A stretch of 64,000 bases of DNA from NCBI GenBank assembly GCA_038231435.1, contig JBBRLJ010000001.1:1-64000 (forward strand), written 5' to 3'. The stretch comes from Planctomycetota bacterium. Its GTDB lineage: Bacteria > Planctomycetota > UBA11346. The notes below the pieces were generated by a model. That model was not told the origin of the DNA. It did no database searches and saw only the letters and a list, made by a program, of their open reading frames with translations. Positions 47,017 to 56,697 of the stretch are shown piece by piece (within the stretch, counting starts at the first letter, position 1; each line of letters begins with the position of its first letter). The position numbers and the translations under genes are program-made.

Positions 47017-48498
47017 CTATCGGCTCGGCGAGGTCCCTGGCGGATCCCAATCGTCGCTGCGAAACGGTTCCGCGGGAAGCCCCTCCTTGCCGTAGAGATC
47101 GCACCCGACTGGATCGCCGCTGAACGCGTACCTGACCGCCACCGGATGTGGCACGGTGTCGCTCCATGCCACCAGCGTGTCGCCATCGACGCGCGCCTGG
47201 GCCCAGGAAAACTTCCGGTCATCGCCGCTGACCGCGAGCTGCATGATCGCCGGTCCGCGGATGACAAGGCCGCCGCCAAGATGGGAGAATCTCAGGCGCA
47301 CCTTGCCGCCCTCGACGCTCATGCCCTCGTAGCGCGGGCCCAGCCATTCGACTCTCTGGCCGTAGACGAAGCCTTCGGCGGCGAGCGCCAGACGCCGCGC
47401 CACCTCCGGCTTGTTGTGTGGATGGATGTCCCAGGTGCACCCGATGTCGATGGTCGCGACCATGGTGGTCCTGGGCTCGGTCGCGGCGACCCGCGCCTGC
47501 GCCTCGCGGAGGCGCGCCCAGCCAAGAGGCGTCTGGTCCGGCGGCAGCAGCGGAGGGATCTCGGGCGCATCCTTCGGCCGGCCGTTCGCCGTGAAGTTCG
47601 GCAACTGCACCAGCAGGAACGCGAACTCGCTGCCCCAGGCCTTGCGCCAACTGGCGATCAGCTGGCGCAGCAGCGGAGCGTACTCGCGTGCGGCATCGGC
47701 GTTGCTCTCGCCCTGATACCACAACACGCCGGTGAGCGCGTACGGGATGAGCGGTGCGATCTGCGCGTTGAATACCGAGCCGGGAGCCTTCTCGGCGGCC
47801 GACGGAGCCGCATCGGGAGCTAGGACACGGCGATCGATGAACGGCTCGATCGGACAGCCCCACGACGTGCTCATGATCATTCCCACCGGCACGCCGATCT
47901 CGTGCTGGATCCTGCGCGCGAAGAAGAAGCCGGCGGTCGAGAACTCGAATGCGGCCAGAGGCGAACAGCGCTGCCATGAGGCGGCGATCGCCGTCGCCGG
48001 CTCAGCCGCGCGCGCACTCGGGACATGCAGGAGGCGGATCATCGGCAGGTCCGCCTCCGAGCATTCCTCCATCCAGTTCGGCGATCCGGCCAGGGTGGTG
48101 CCCATGTTCGATTGACCGGCACACAGCCAGACATCGCCGACCACCACGTCATGGAGCGTGATGGCATTCGTCGCGGTGACGGTCAACTCGAACGGTCCGC
48201 CCGCCTCGCGCGCGGCGAGGCGCGCCATCCAGGCCCCATGGACGTCAGCCACCGCCGAGCAGGTGGCCTCGCCCAGCTTGACGGTCACGCGTTCGTCCGG
48301 CGCGGCTGTCCCCCACACCGGGATCGGCGTCCGCCGCTGCAGGATCGCGTGATCGCTGAAGATCGGCGCCACCTGGACCTCGGCCGAGAGGGTACCGACG
48401 CCCACCATCGCCGCCGATGCCGTCATCCAGGCCGATGCCCACGCGGCGGTCGGCCGCGGACATATCCATGCCAGACGCTTGAGCCAGGTCAGTTGCAC
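47017..48498 (-). CDS. Sialate O-acetylesterase (SASA/SGNH)
   Basis: FSDHAILQR, GDVWLCAGQSNM, WYQGESN, DIHP.NK. Start uncertain. Confidence 0.9.
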   Translation of the reverse strand: MQLTWLKRLAWICPRPTAAWASAWMTASAAMVGVGTLSAEVQVAPIFSDHAILQRRTPIPVWGTAAPDERVTVKLGEATCSAVADVHGAWMARLAAREAGGPFELTVTATNAITLHDVVVGDVWLCAGQSNMGTTLAGSPNWMEECSEADLPMIRLLHVPSARAAEPATAIAASWQRCSPLAAFEFSTAGFFFARRIQHEIGVPVGMIMSTSWGCPIEPFIDRRVLAPDAAPSAAEKAPGSVFNAQIAPLIPYALTGVLWYQGESNADAAREYAPLLRQLIASWRKAWGSEFAFLLVQLPNFTANGRPKDAPEIPPLLPPDQTPLGWARLREAQARVAATEPRTTMVATIDIGCTWDIHPHNKPEVARRLALAAEGFVYGQRVEWLGPRYEGMSVEGGKVRLRFSHLGGGLVIRGPAIMQLAVSGDDRKFSWAQARVDGDTLVAWSDTVPHPVAVRYAFSGDPVGCDLYGKEGLPAEPFRSDDWDPPGTSPSR

Positions 48499-49442
48499 GA
48501 GGCCACCCAAAGCGCACACAAGGAATCAATGACGGGCGCGTCGACAGCGCCATCCCAGACGGCGACGCCGTAGCGCAGCGCCACCGGCTTCGTCGCGGAC
48601 AGCGGGATTGGCGCGCCGCCGGCGGCGATGGTCGCCGAGAGGTAGGTGAAATCCCGCATGGTGTACCACACCGTCGGCGTGCGTGGATTGCCCGGAGAGG
48701 CGAACAGCGCCACCGTCACGGGGTGGCCTTCCGCCGTCGCAGTGTAGCCGATCCACGGCGCTGGTCCCGACCACCATTTTGCCTGCGCCGGACGCTCGGT
48801 GCCGGCTGGCAGGATGAAACGCGGATCCTTGTCCATGCTGTCGACGAAGCGCATGCCCAGCCCGTCATAGGTCCGGCCGCGCAGCTCCGCCGCTCCAGAG
48901 CCGTCCGCGGCGGTGAGCTCGGACGTCCACGTCACCAGCGTGGCGTTGCCATCCTGTGCGAGCGTCACCACGATCGAGCGACGCTCCCTGGCCAAAGGCG
49001 CGAGCGGCGTCGCGACCGGATACCATTCCAGGTGTTCGACCATGCCATCTCCGCTCGAGGACACCGCGGCGTCGACATGGCGCTGCCGTCCGGGATGCTC
49101 GGGGTAGCGCTCGTTCCAGAAATCGACGTCGTTCACCTCGCAGGCGAACATCAGGCCGTGGTGGTGATCGTGGCCGTCGCTTCCGTCGCGAAGTATGTTG
49201 ATGCCCGACGGAGAGCGCAGCGCCAGGGCGTACGGCTTCGACTTCGCGGGATCGATCGAGTAGTCGAGCAGGCGATGGCCGGCGGAGCTCAGCGTGATCA
49301 CCGTCGGCACGATCGCGGACTCGGCGCCGATCACCGGCGCTGCGACTCCGCACGCGATGGCGGCGGCTGTGCGGAGCGGGCACAGCATGCTCGCAATGAT
49401 TCTCGCAATGCTCCTCTCAACGCTCATCGCGATGATCGTCAT
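48489..49442 (-). CDS. DUF6807 (PmoA-like-named) secreted protein
   Basis: KPY...SPSG, DHHHGLMF, VDFWNE, YDGLGMRF. Confidence 0.75.
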   Translation of the reverse strand: MTIIAMSVERSIARIIASMLCPLRTAAAIACGVAAPVIGAESAIVPTVITLSSAGHRLLDYSIDPAKSKPYALALRSPSGINILRDGSDGHDHHHGLMFACEVNDVDFWNERYPEHPGRQRHVDAAVSSSGDGMVEHLEWYPVATPLAPLARERRSIVVTLAQDGNATLVTWTSELTAADGSGAAELRGRTYDGLGMRFVDSMDKDPRFILPAGTERPAQAKWWSGPAPWIGYTATAEGHPVTVALFASPGNPRTPTVWYTMRDFTYLSATIAAGGAPIPLSATKPVALRYGVAVWDGAVDAPVIDSLCALWVASCN

Positions 49443-50326
49443 GCCGGCGTCCGACCGCCGCCAGCGCGCAACTCGACCTGCGCGGCGCGCACCCACTCTG
49501 GCCAATCGGCGCGACGCGGGGCGGTGGGGGTGAAGGTAAAGCGTTCGCGACCCAGGGCGCGCAGCACCGCCTGTTCGACCAGGGAGTGGTCGGCAGGATC
49601 GGTGCGGTCGAAGCGCATCGGCTCACGCAGGAATACCGGAGGATTGCAGATGATGCGCGGAATGCCGAGATGGTTCTGCGATACCGCGTGCAGCATGAAG
49701 GGATGCAGCAGCACCACGTCGCCGGCCCGGGCCGTCAGCTCGGTGAATTCGCGGCAGCCGTCGATCAGAGCTCCGAACGCATCCGGAGCGGTGCCTTCGG
49801 GGCGTTCGGCGAGGAAGCGCGAGACCACGCCGACCGAATCGGGCGCGATGAAAGTGCCTCCGCCGCGCGGCTTGATGTCGGTCCACACCGTGATCACCAG
49901 CAACCCCTGCTCGGGCGAATCGAGGAAGTGCCGGAAGAAATAGCCATCCTTGTGCCAACCCGGGATGCTCGCTGAGGGCGGCTCCCACGGGCGTTCGGCC
50001 CCCTCGCGAAGATTGATCACGAAGTTGTCGCCCCACACGCACGGGGTATCGACCCGCTCTTCGCCGCCGAGCACGTCGCAGATCGCCGCGAATGCCTTGG
50101 GCGCGAAGCGCGCCGCATCGACCGTGCGCGACGGCGAGGTGTGCACGCGCGGCTCCGCCCAGGTCTTCGGATCCTGCGGATCGTAGCCGCAGCGCGCGAA
50201 GGCGTGATCAACCCATTCGCGGCACGTGTCCGCGGGCACGCATCCCGGCACGACCACGTAGCCGCGCTCGACGAACTGTCGTGCCTGGTCCTGGCTGAGC
50301 TCTCGGTACGGCTTGGTCTGGCTCAT
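49439..50326 (-). CDS. Phytanoyl-CoA dioxygenase-family (Fe/2OG) protein
   Basis: F..RGYVVV, GWHKDG (HxD), GGGT..APDS, GDVVLLHPFMLH. Confidence 0.85.
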   Translation of the reverse strand: MSQTKPYRELSQDQARQFVERGYVVVPGCVPADTCREWVDHAFARCGYDPQDPKTWAEPRVHTSPSRTVDAARFAPKAFAAICDVLGGEERVDTPCVWGDNFVINLREGAERPWEPPSASIPGWHKDGYFFRHFLDSPEQGLLVITVWTDIKPRGGGTFIAPDSVGVVSRFLAERPEGTAPDAFGALIDGCREFTELTARAGDVVLLHPFMLHAVSQNHLGIPRIICNPPVFLREPMRFDRTDPADHSLVEQAVLRALGRERFTFTPTAPRRADWPEWVRAAQVELRAGGGRTPA

Positions 50327-50396
50327 GACGGGAAGCGCCACGTGGGCTCCAGGCGTTCGGGGTGATCGGAGGCGGCCATGGCGAGCAGACCGGGCA

Positions 50397-52328
50397 TCAC
50401 GATGGAAGCTCGCCGATGCGTGGCACCGCGGCGGTATCGTCGATCTCGGCGCCATGCAGCCCGTAGATCAGCGCCTGGAGCTCGCCTCCTATGCCGGTGA
50501 GCATCACGCTGTTGTCGTTGTCGCGGCACTCGTAGGGGATGAAGTGGGGTCCACGGGTGTACTCGCGCATCCCCTTCAGCAGGTGATCGAGGCCGACCTG
50601 CTTGTCGCCCAGGCGCATGAGGATGCATGCCTCGATCTCGGAGTTCATCAGCGGCCCGTAATACATCACCTTGCCGCGGTAGTGCTTGAAATTGCGCAGC
50701 ATCGACGCCTTGTCGCTCGCGAATCCGAGCGGGTAGTACGCGAGGATGAGGTCGGCCTGTTTGATGCCGCCACCACTGTAGCCGGCGTACTCCGGGATGA
50801 TGCCTTGGGCGTCAGCGGCGGGCAGGAACATGCCGTCGGCGACCTCTGCCCAGCGCGCGGGGGCTGTCTCGCCCACCAGGTCAGCGCAACGCCTGGCGAT
50901 CTCCATGACGCGCTTCACGCCGACATTGGTCAGGAAATTGTCGTCGCACGTGCCGGGCCCGAATTCGCATACCGCCTCGTCGGGGCCGATCACGCCGAGC
51001 AGGTGGTAGCGGCCATCGGAACCTGTCACCACCCGCGACGCGAAGAAGTCGGCGATGCCGCTGGAGAGCGGCCACGCCGTCTCACGCACGAAGCCCAGAT
51101 CCCGGGTGGCGGCATAGTACTCCCAGGCGGCGAGCGCGATCCACACATTCAGGTGCAGCTCCTGTTCGTAGTGCGGATGAGTCATGTTCATGCCGGCATC
51201 ATCGGTCATCCATCCGAACCATGCGCCCTGGTAGCCCGCCTCGCGCGCGTGGATGCGCGCGCCCTCGAGATGCTTGCGCCGGTATTCCACGATCGGCTTG
51301 GCGAGCTCCGGCCACAGCGGCAGGATCGCGCGGAACATCCATAGGTCGGCGTCCCACAGCTGGCTGCCCGACCATCCAGCCTCTGACAACCCGAGCGCAC
51401 CGAGCGGATGGGCCTCGGTGCCAAGACTGCTGAGCAGGTAGAACTGGTGCGCCATGACCATGCGTACCGCATCGCGATCCTGGTGTTCGAAGGCGAGCGC
51501 GCGCGCCCACAGTGAGCGCCAGGCCAGGGCATTGCCCTCGCGCAGCGCGGTCTCGCCGCTGTCCCGGAGGCTCTCGAGCGTGCGAGCGCAGCTGCCGCGG
51601 GCGTCCGGTCCGTCGGCGAAGCAGCCAACGGCGTGGTACAGGGTGATGGTGCCGCCGCGCGCCGCGGTGGCGCGCGTGTCGATGGAATGATCCGCGCGAC
51701 TGGTCCCATCGATCAGGAAGCCGTCGACGGACCAGCCAAGGGACTGGCTCACCGCACGGCCCTGCTTGGTGGTGTGGTAGTCGCCGTGCATCGCATCGCC
51801 CGATGATGAGAATCGCATCGCGTAGGCGTTAGCGACGTGCGCGCCGAGCAGGCCGAAGCGGACGGTCGCGGGAGCGTCCGTGGCGGAGATCGAGAGCGAC
51901 AGGCACGAACCGAGCCGATGGGTGCGTGGCACCAGCATGCGGATGGCCACGCGCGCGCGCCTTCCGGGTGCGAATTCCCAATCGTCCTCGAGTGACACCT
52001 CGCCGGTGCGCAGGTCGAGCGTCTGGGTGAGGGCATGGGTTCCGGCCGTCGGCTCGTAAGCCACGCCGCCGATGTGCAGATCGACGTGATTCCACGCCGG
52101 CAGATAGAGCTGCTGCCCGCCGTCGTAGATGCAGCGGGTGAGCGTGTGCAGGGGCTTGTCGCTCCAGCGCGCGATCACCAGCTTCTCGAAACGGCTCGCC
52201 ATCATGCCATTGCCGACGTACGGCCGATGGAAACGTGGAAAATCCGCGGCGGTGATACTCAGCTTCCAGAGCGCGGCCGCGTCGGAGGCCGGAGCGCGCG
52301 ATGCGGACATCGCTGGATTCGAGGACAT
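50397..52328 (-). CDS. GH65-like glycoside hydrolase/phosphorylase
   Basis: YVGNG, WDADLW, GPDE, IKQADLIL. Confidence 0.8.
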   Translation of the reverse strand: MSSNPAMSASRAPASDAAALWKLSITAADFPRFHRPYVGNGMMASRFEKLVIARWSDKPLHTLTRCIYDGGQQLYLPAWNHVDLHIGGVAYEPTAGTHALTQTLDLRTGEVSLEDDWEFAPGRRARVAIRMLVPRTHRLGSCLSLSISATDAPATVRFGLLGAHVANAYAMRFSSSGDAMHGDYHTTKQGRAVSQSLGWSVDGFLIDGTSRADHSIDTRATAARGGTITLYHAVGCFADGPDARGSCARTLESLRDSGETALREGNALAWRSLWARALAFEHQDRDAVRMVMAHQFYLLSSLGTEAHPLGALGLSEAGWSGSQLWDADLWMFRAILPLWPELAKPIVEYRRKHLEGARIHAREAGYQGAWFGWMTDDAGMNMTHPHYEQELHLNVWIALAAWEYYAATRDLGFVRETAWPLSSGIADFFASRVVTGSDGRYHLLGVIGPDEAVCEFGPGTCDDNFLTNVGVKRVMEIARRCADLVGETAPARWAEVADGMFLPAADAQGIIPEYAGYSGGGIKQADLILAYYPLGFASDKASMLRNFKHYRGKVMYYGPLMNSEIEACILMRLGDKQVGLDHLLKGMREYTRGPHFIPYECRDNDNSVMLTGIGGELQALIYGLHGAEIDDTAAVPRIGELPS

Positions 52329-52381
52329 GGGCGGGCGCTCCGGCGAGGCGAAGGGTGTATGGGGGGCCGTGGTCGGTCAGA

Positions 52382-55300
52382 TCAGGGCTTGCGGGGCGCG
52401 AACACCAGATCGGGCATCTTCGCACCGTTGGCGGCGAGGATGTCGCAATAGAAGCCCCATCCGCCGCCGCCCTGGGTGATCTTCAACAGCACCTCATTCC
52501 AGCCGGCCTTGAGATCGATCTCCGGCTTGAACTGTCCGGGCGAAGCACCGTGGGCGCCATCCTCGGCGTGTACCAGCTTGCCGTTCACCCATGCCTTGTC
52601 GCCGTCGTCGGCACCGATCCACATCACCGCCTTGCGGACGTCCGGAGACTGTACGTAGGCAACGGCGTAGGCGCAGACGTTGTCGTGCGGATTGAAATGC
52701 GGGGAGAGATCGACGAAGCCGTTGCTTCCACTGGTGGCGGACTGCCACTTCTGTTCGTTGCCCATCTGGTCGCTGTAGGTCTTGGTGAAGTCCACCTTGG
52801 TTTCGGGCCCGAAATCCTTGGCGAAGTCCTTTGCGAACGGACCGATCACCGACCACGCGCGTACCGACATGTCCTGGGTGGTGGTCGCGACCAGGTTGTT
52901 GGCGCGGACGGTATACGTGGCCTTCCACGCCCCGCCGGCGAGGTCGAGGTCGGGGACGCTGAAGGTCACGGTGGCCGACTGGCCGGACGCGATGGGCCCG
53001 AACGCCTGCTCGACCGGCGGCAACGCCGTGCGGCCCGATAGTTCGACGCGCGCACTCCCGGAAACCGCCTCTTTGCTGACGTTCTTGATCGCGATCGACA
53101 GTGGCTGCGCCGTCTTGTCGAGCGCCGTGGGCGCCTGCGCCGCGAGTTCTACCGGCGAGGCCACGGTCAGGGTGAGCCAGGTCAGGCCGATCTGCTTGCC
53201 CGAGGCGTCCACCAGCGCCACGTCGATCCCGGTGGCGCCGATCGGCATGTCCTTTGGCGGCACGATCGTCACGGTCGCGGTCCCGGTCTTTCCTGCGTCG
53301 ACCTTCAGCGGCGCCTCGGCCGGCGTTGCCGACCAACCGGCCGGCAGCAGCGCCTTGATCTTGCCGTCGACGCTCTTGGCCGAGCGATTCGCCACCGATA
53401 CCGTCAGGGTCTCCTGGGCGAAAGCCGCGGTCTTCTCGGCGGAGCCAAGGCTCGCCGTCATCTCGACCGGCGACGGCGGGCCGTAGACCTCGAGCTCGCG
53501 CAGCATCAGCTTGCATGGGATGATGTTGCCCCAGGCGCGGCTCTTGTCGTCGGGGACGAAGCCGTGGGTCACGCGCCTGATCACCAGGCGCAGCTGGCTG
53601 GTCATGACCGGAGCAAAGCTGTTCACGAACAGATTGTTGTCGAGGTACCAGGTGTTGGCCTTGCTCATCTGCGACGAGGACGCCTCGCTCGCGGGGCACG
53701 GCGTGCGCACCTCCTCGATGGTCTTCCAGGCCTTCCCATCCAGATACTGCAGATCGTAGTCGAGCAGCGCGCAGAAGGCGTTGTCGGCGCGGACCCCTTG
53801 GAGCACCACCTTGTCGATCGGTCGCGCCTGGTCGAAGACGATGTCGAGATTCTTCGGGCCAGTGGCGAGATCGGCGGTCCAGATGTTCTTGCCCTCGGTG
53901 CCGCCTTGGGGATGCCCGGCGTGGACGGTCTCGAGGACGCCGTTGGTGAGCAGCTTGACGTCGTTCTCGACCGCTCCGGAATACGCGATGGTCGCGCGCG
54001 GGGCCATGTTCTTGCCGAAATCGAAGGTGGGCAGCGTGGCGTCCTGACCCTTCTTGAGGCGCAGGTAGATCGGCATCTGGCGCACGGCGACGCGGACCTT
54101 GCCGTCCTTAACCGGCATTGACTGCTCGTTGCCCATCCCATCGACGACGTCCAGTGCCGGCCCGCCGGTAACGCCGATGTCCATGGTACCGTCCAGGGCG
54201 CCGAGGTTGCGCAGCACGATCGTCGAGCCGTCGTCGCCGACGTAGCGCAGGCCGAGGTAGATGTCGTTGCCATTCTTGCCGAAGTCGATGGCGCCCTTGT
54301 ACGCGCGCCCCGTGGTCATGGCGTGACGGACGCGCAGGGCGAGGGCGGCTGGGTGCGGACCCGATCCCGACCACACGAACGACGGGCAACCACCGAAGCC
54401 ATGGTCGTTGATGTAGAAATGGTTGTTATGCTCGGGCGAGACGCCGAGGCTTTCGAGCAGGTCGCGGTGCAGGGTGGTGCGCACCGCCTGGGTCGAGCCC
54501 AGGAAATTGTCGCCGCGCACCGCGGTGATGGCGCGCTCGGTCTGCCATAGGGGCTTGTCCTTATCGCCGTTCGCCGCCATCAGCTTGCGCAGTTCGGCGA
54601 ACTTCCAGCGCCAGTGCGCGGGGTCGATGCCCTCGTGGCCTTCGTAGTCGTGGATCGAGAGGATGTCGGTGACGTCCTTGCCGCCCGCCTTGTAGAATGC
54701 CTCGTACCAGCCGATGTTGACGCCGCACACGTCCGGACCCATGACCTTGGCGGCGGGGTCGATCTCCTTGATGATCGCATACGCCTGCTTGAGAACCGCG
54801 ACGTAGTCGGCGGGATTGCCGAACGAGAAGTTCGGCTCATTCATGATCTCCCACACCTTCACCTGGCCCTTGAAGCGCGTCACCGCGGCGCGCACATTCT
54901 CGGGCGTGCAGTCGGCCTTGTCTGAGAGCTGCACGAACCATGTCGTGCCGGCGGCCTGCGAACCCTTGATCTGGCCTTCGAGCGCGTCGAACGACTCCTT
55001 GGTGTGGCTCGCGTGCAGGCGTTCGTTGAGGAGTCCGCTGAACATCTGGCGCATCGGGTCGGGCATGCCGCCTTTCGAGACGCCTTCGTCGAGCGCGACC
55101 ATGCCCGGGTAGCGGTGGGTGACGCCGAAGAACTTCGATATGCTGGAGAGCAGCTTGCCCTTTCCGGTGAACTCGCAGCTCATCAGGTACCAGCCGTACG
55201 CGGGCGGGGTGAAATCGACGTGGCTCTTGGCCTCGACCCCGTCCTCGAGCGGTACATTCACGGTGCCGTGCGCGACGTCGGCGTGGTACATGTCGTAGAT

Positions 55301-56551
55301 ATGCCAGTTCACCGACGTCTGATCGACCTGGCGCGCGGATTTCTTCAGGATGATGTCGATCGGCACTGGCTTGAGGTCGTAGGTGACCGATGACGGCGCG
55401 CCGATGACGATGTCCGGCTTCAGGCCGAGGACGAGCGTGCTCGCCTGGGTGACGCCTGAGACCCCGACCTCGAAATAGTTGGGAACGGCACGGACCAGAG
55501 CTGGAGCCGGATTGTAGTGCTTGTAGTTGGGGTTGTCCGGCGTGAATTCATGGCAGATCGCCGCCCACATCCGGTCGTGGCTGTCGACCGCGAGCGCGGT
55601 GTAACCGCTGTGCATGGACCAGGGATCCGCCCATTTGAATTCGCCAGGGCGGGTGGTCACGGTCTCGAAATCGGCGCTGAACTGCACCACGACACCCGGA
55701 TTGCCGTAAGCCATGGTGAAGATCTTGCCAGTCGAATCGACGGCGACGGTATGCAGCAGCTCGCTGCCGTCTTCGGCGCGCGTGCTCTCACCAGTGCCCA
55801 TGGTCCGCAACAGCGCGCCTTTGGAGTCGAACTTGTAGAGCTGGCTGCTGTCGGCGATGGCGTAGAGGTTGCCCGCGCGATCGGTGGCGATGTCGCTCAC
55901 GCTGGTCAGCAGGTGCGCCAGCTTCACCGGAGTGCCGAGGACGCCTTCGGAGGTGATGACATCAACCTGCTCGCCGCCCATCTTGGCCCATTTGCCGTTG
56001 ACCACCTCGTCCGCCGCCGCGACCACCGCGATCTGGCTATGGCCATCGACCGTCCACGGGGCGATGGCGTTGGCGCGCGGCAGTTTGATCAGGGAATCGG
56101 GTTTCCCATCGGGCTTGAAGCGCTGCACGATGCCCGCGTTGGTATGCGTGACGTAGATGAAACCCTTGGCGTCGACAGCGATGTGCCGCGGGTCGAGACG
56201 CTCGCCGAGGGCCTCGTCGCGAATGCTGAACTGCAGCAGTGGCTTGCCAGCGGGATCGAACTTCTGCACCCGGCAGCTGCCGACGAACGTCTTGGTCTTG
56301 TCGTCGAACCTGCCGGCCTCGAGGGTGAAGATGTTGTCTTGGGCATCGAAGGCGAGGTCGCGGAGGTCGTGGAACTGGCCCGGGCCATCGCCGGCACCGC
56401 CGAGCTCGAGGTCCGATCCGGTCGCCGCCGCGAAGGCCACGCTGGGCACGCCGCAGGCGGTCGCCAGGAGCAGCGCGCGCGCGCCGGCCGAGACCAGGCC
56501 CCGGGTACGGTTCATGCGGTCGGGTTTGGGGGCGGTGGGCATGGTGGTCAT
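52382..56551 (-). CDS. Giant secreted NHL-repeat, clan-A-like hydrolase, discoidin, NEW3-like and PA14-like protein
   Basis: G.GPGQF..L.D.AFD NHL repeats; WEIMNEPN, SIHDYEG, WQTER; LPAGWS; GADDGDKAWVNG...GWNEVLLKITQG. Alternative start at 56560. Confidence 0.78.
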   Translation of the reverse strand: MTTMPTAPKPDRMNRTRGLVSAGARALLLATACGVPSVAFAAATGSDLELGGAGDGPGQFHDLRDLAFDAQDNIFTLEAGRFDDKTKTFVGSCRVQKFDPAGKPLLQFSIRDEALGERLDPRHIAVDAKGFIYVTHTNAGIVQRFKPDGKPDSLIKLPRANAIAPWTVDGHSQIAVVAAADEVVNGKWAKMGGEQVDVITSEGVLGTPVKLAHLLTSVSDIATDRAGNLYAIADSSQLYKFDSKGALLRTMGTGESTRAEDGSELLHTVAVDSTGKIFTMAYGNPGVVVQFSADFETVTTRPGEFKWADPWSMHSGYTALAVDSHDRMWAAICHEFTPDNPNYKHYNPAPALVRAVPNYFEVGVSGVTQASTLVLGLKPDIVIGAPSSVTYDLKPVPIDIILKKSARQVDQTSVNWHIYDMYHADVAHGTVNVPLEDGVEAKSHVDFTPPAYGWYLMSCEFTGKGKLLSSISKFFGVTHRYPGMVALDEGVSKGGMPDPMRQMFSGLLNERLHASHTKESFDALEGQIKGSQAAGTTWFVQLSDKADCTPENVRAAVTRFKGQVKVWEIMNEPNFSFGNPADYVAVLKQAYAIIKEIDPAAKVMGPDVCGVNIGWYEAFYKAGGKDVTDILSIHDYEGHEGIDPAHWRWKFAELRKLMAANGDKDKPLWQTERAITAVRGDNFLGSTQAVRTTLHRDLLESLGVSPEHNNHFYINDHGFGGCPSFVWSGSGPHPAALALRVRHAMTTGRAYKGAIDFGKNGNDIYLGLRYVGDDGSTIVLRNLGALDGTMDIGVTGGPALDVVDGMGNEQSMPVKDGKVRVAVRQMPIYLRLKKGQDATLPTFDFGKNMAPRATIAYSGAVENDVKLLTNGVLETVHAGHPQGGTEGKNIWTADLATGPKNLDIVFDQARPIDKVVLQGVRADNAFCALLDYDLQYLDGKAWKTIEEVRTPCPASEASSSQMSKANTWYLDNNLFVNSFAPVMTSQLRLVIRRVTHGFVPDDKSRAWGNIIPCKLMLRELEVYGPPSPVEMTASLGSAEKTAAFAQETLTVSVANRSAKSVDGKIKALLPAGWSATPAEAPLKVDAGKTGTATVTIVPPKDMPIGATGIDVALVDASGKQIGLTWLTLTVASPVELAAQAPTALDKTAQPLSIAIKNVSKEAVSGSARVELSGRTALPPVEQAFGPIASGQSATVTFSVPDLDLAGGAWKATYTVRANNLVATTTQDMSVRAWSVIGPFAKDFAKDFGPETKVDFTKTYSDQMGNEQKWQSATSGSNGFVDLSPHFNPHDNVCAYAVAYVQSPDVRKAVMWIGADDGDKAWVNGKLVHAEDGAHGASPGQFKPEIDLKAGWNEVLLKITQGGGGWGFYCDILAANGAKMPDLVFAPRKP

Positions 56552-56585
56552 GATGGGCATCCTTCAGGCGCGGCGTAAGCCAAGT

Positions 56586-56629
56586 GATTCGCTTATATAT
56601 AGTATGCGCAAACCTGTTCCATGTGACAA
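56586..56629 (-). promoter_or_regulatory. Sigma70 promoter TTGTCA-N17-CATACT overlapped by operator CTATATATAAGCGAATC
   Basis: Read on the minus strand; the operator spans the end of the -10 element and the transcription start region. Confidence 0.65.
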
Positions 56630-56697
56630 TCACGGTCGCGCACCCATATCATACCACATGTCCGCGAGTGGCGGCTGAGGTGCTAGGCCACGCGAGC

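Noticed and set aside
48489..49442. Methane monooxygenase PmoA
   Set aside because: It is a soluble DUF6807-type domain with only a historical name similarity, and pmoCB are absent.
56622..56634. CRP-like site TGTGA-caa-TCACG
   Set aside because: The spacer is 3 nt rather than 6, and the sequence is better explained as the -35 element.
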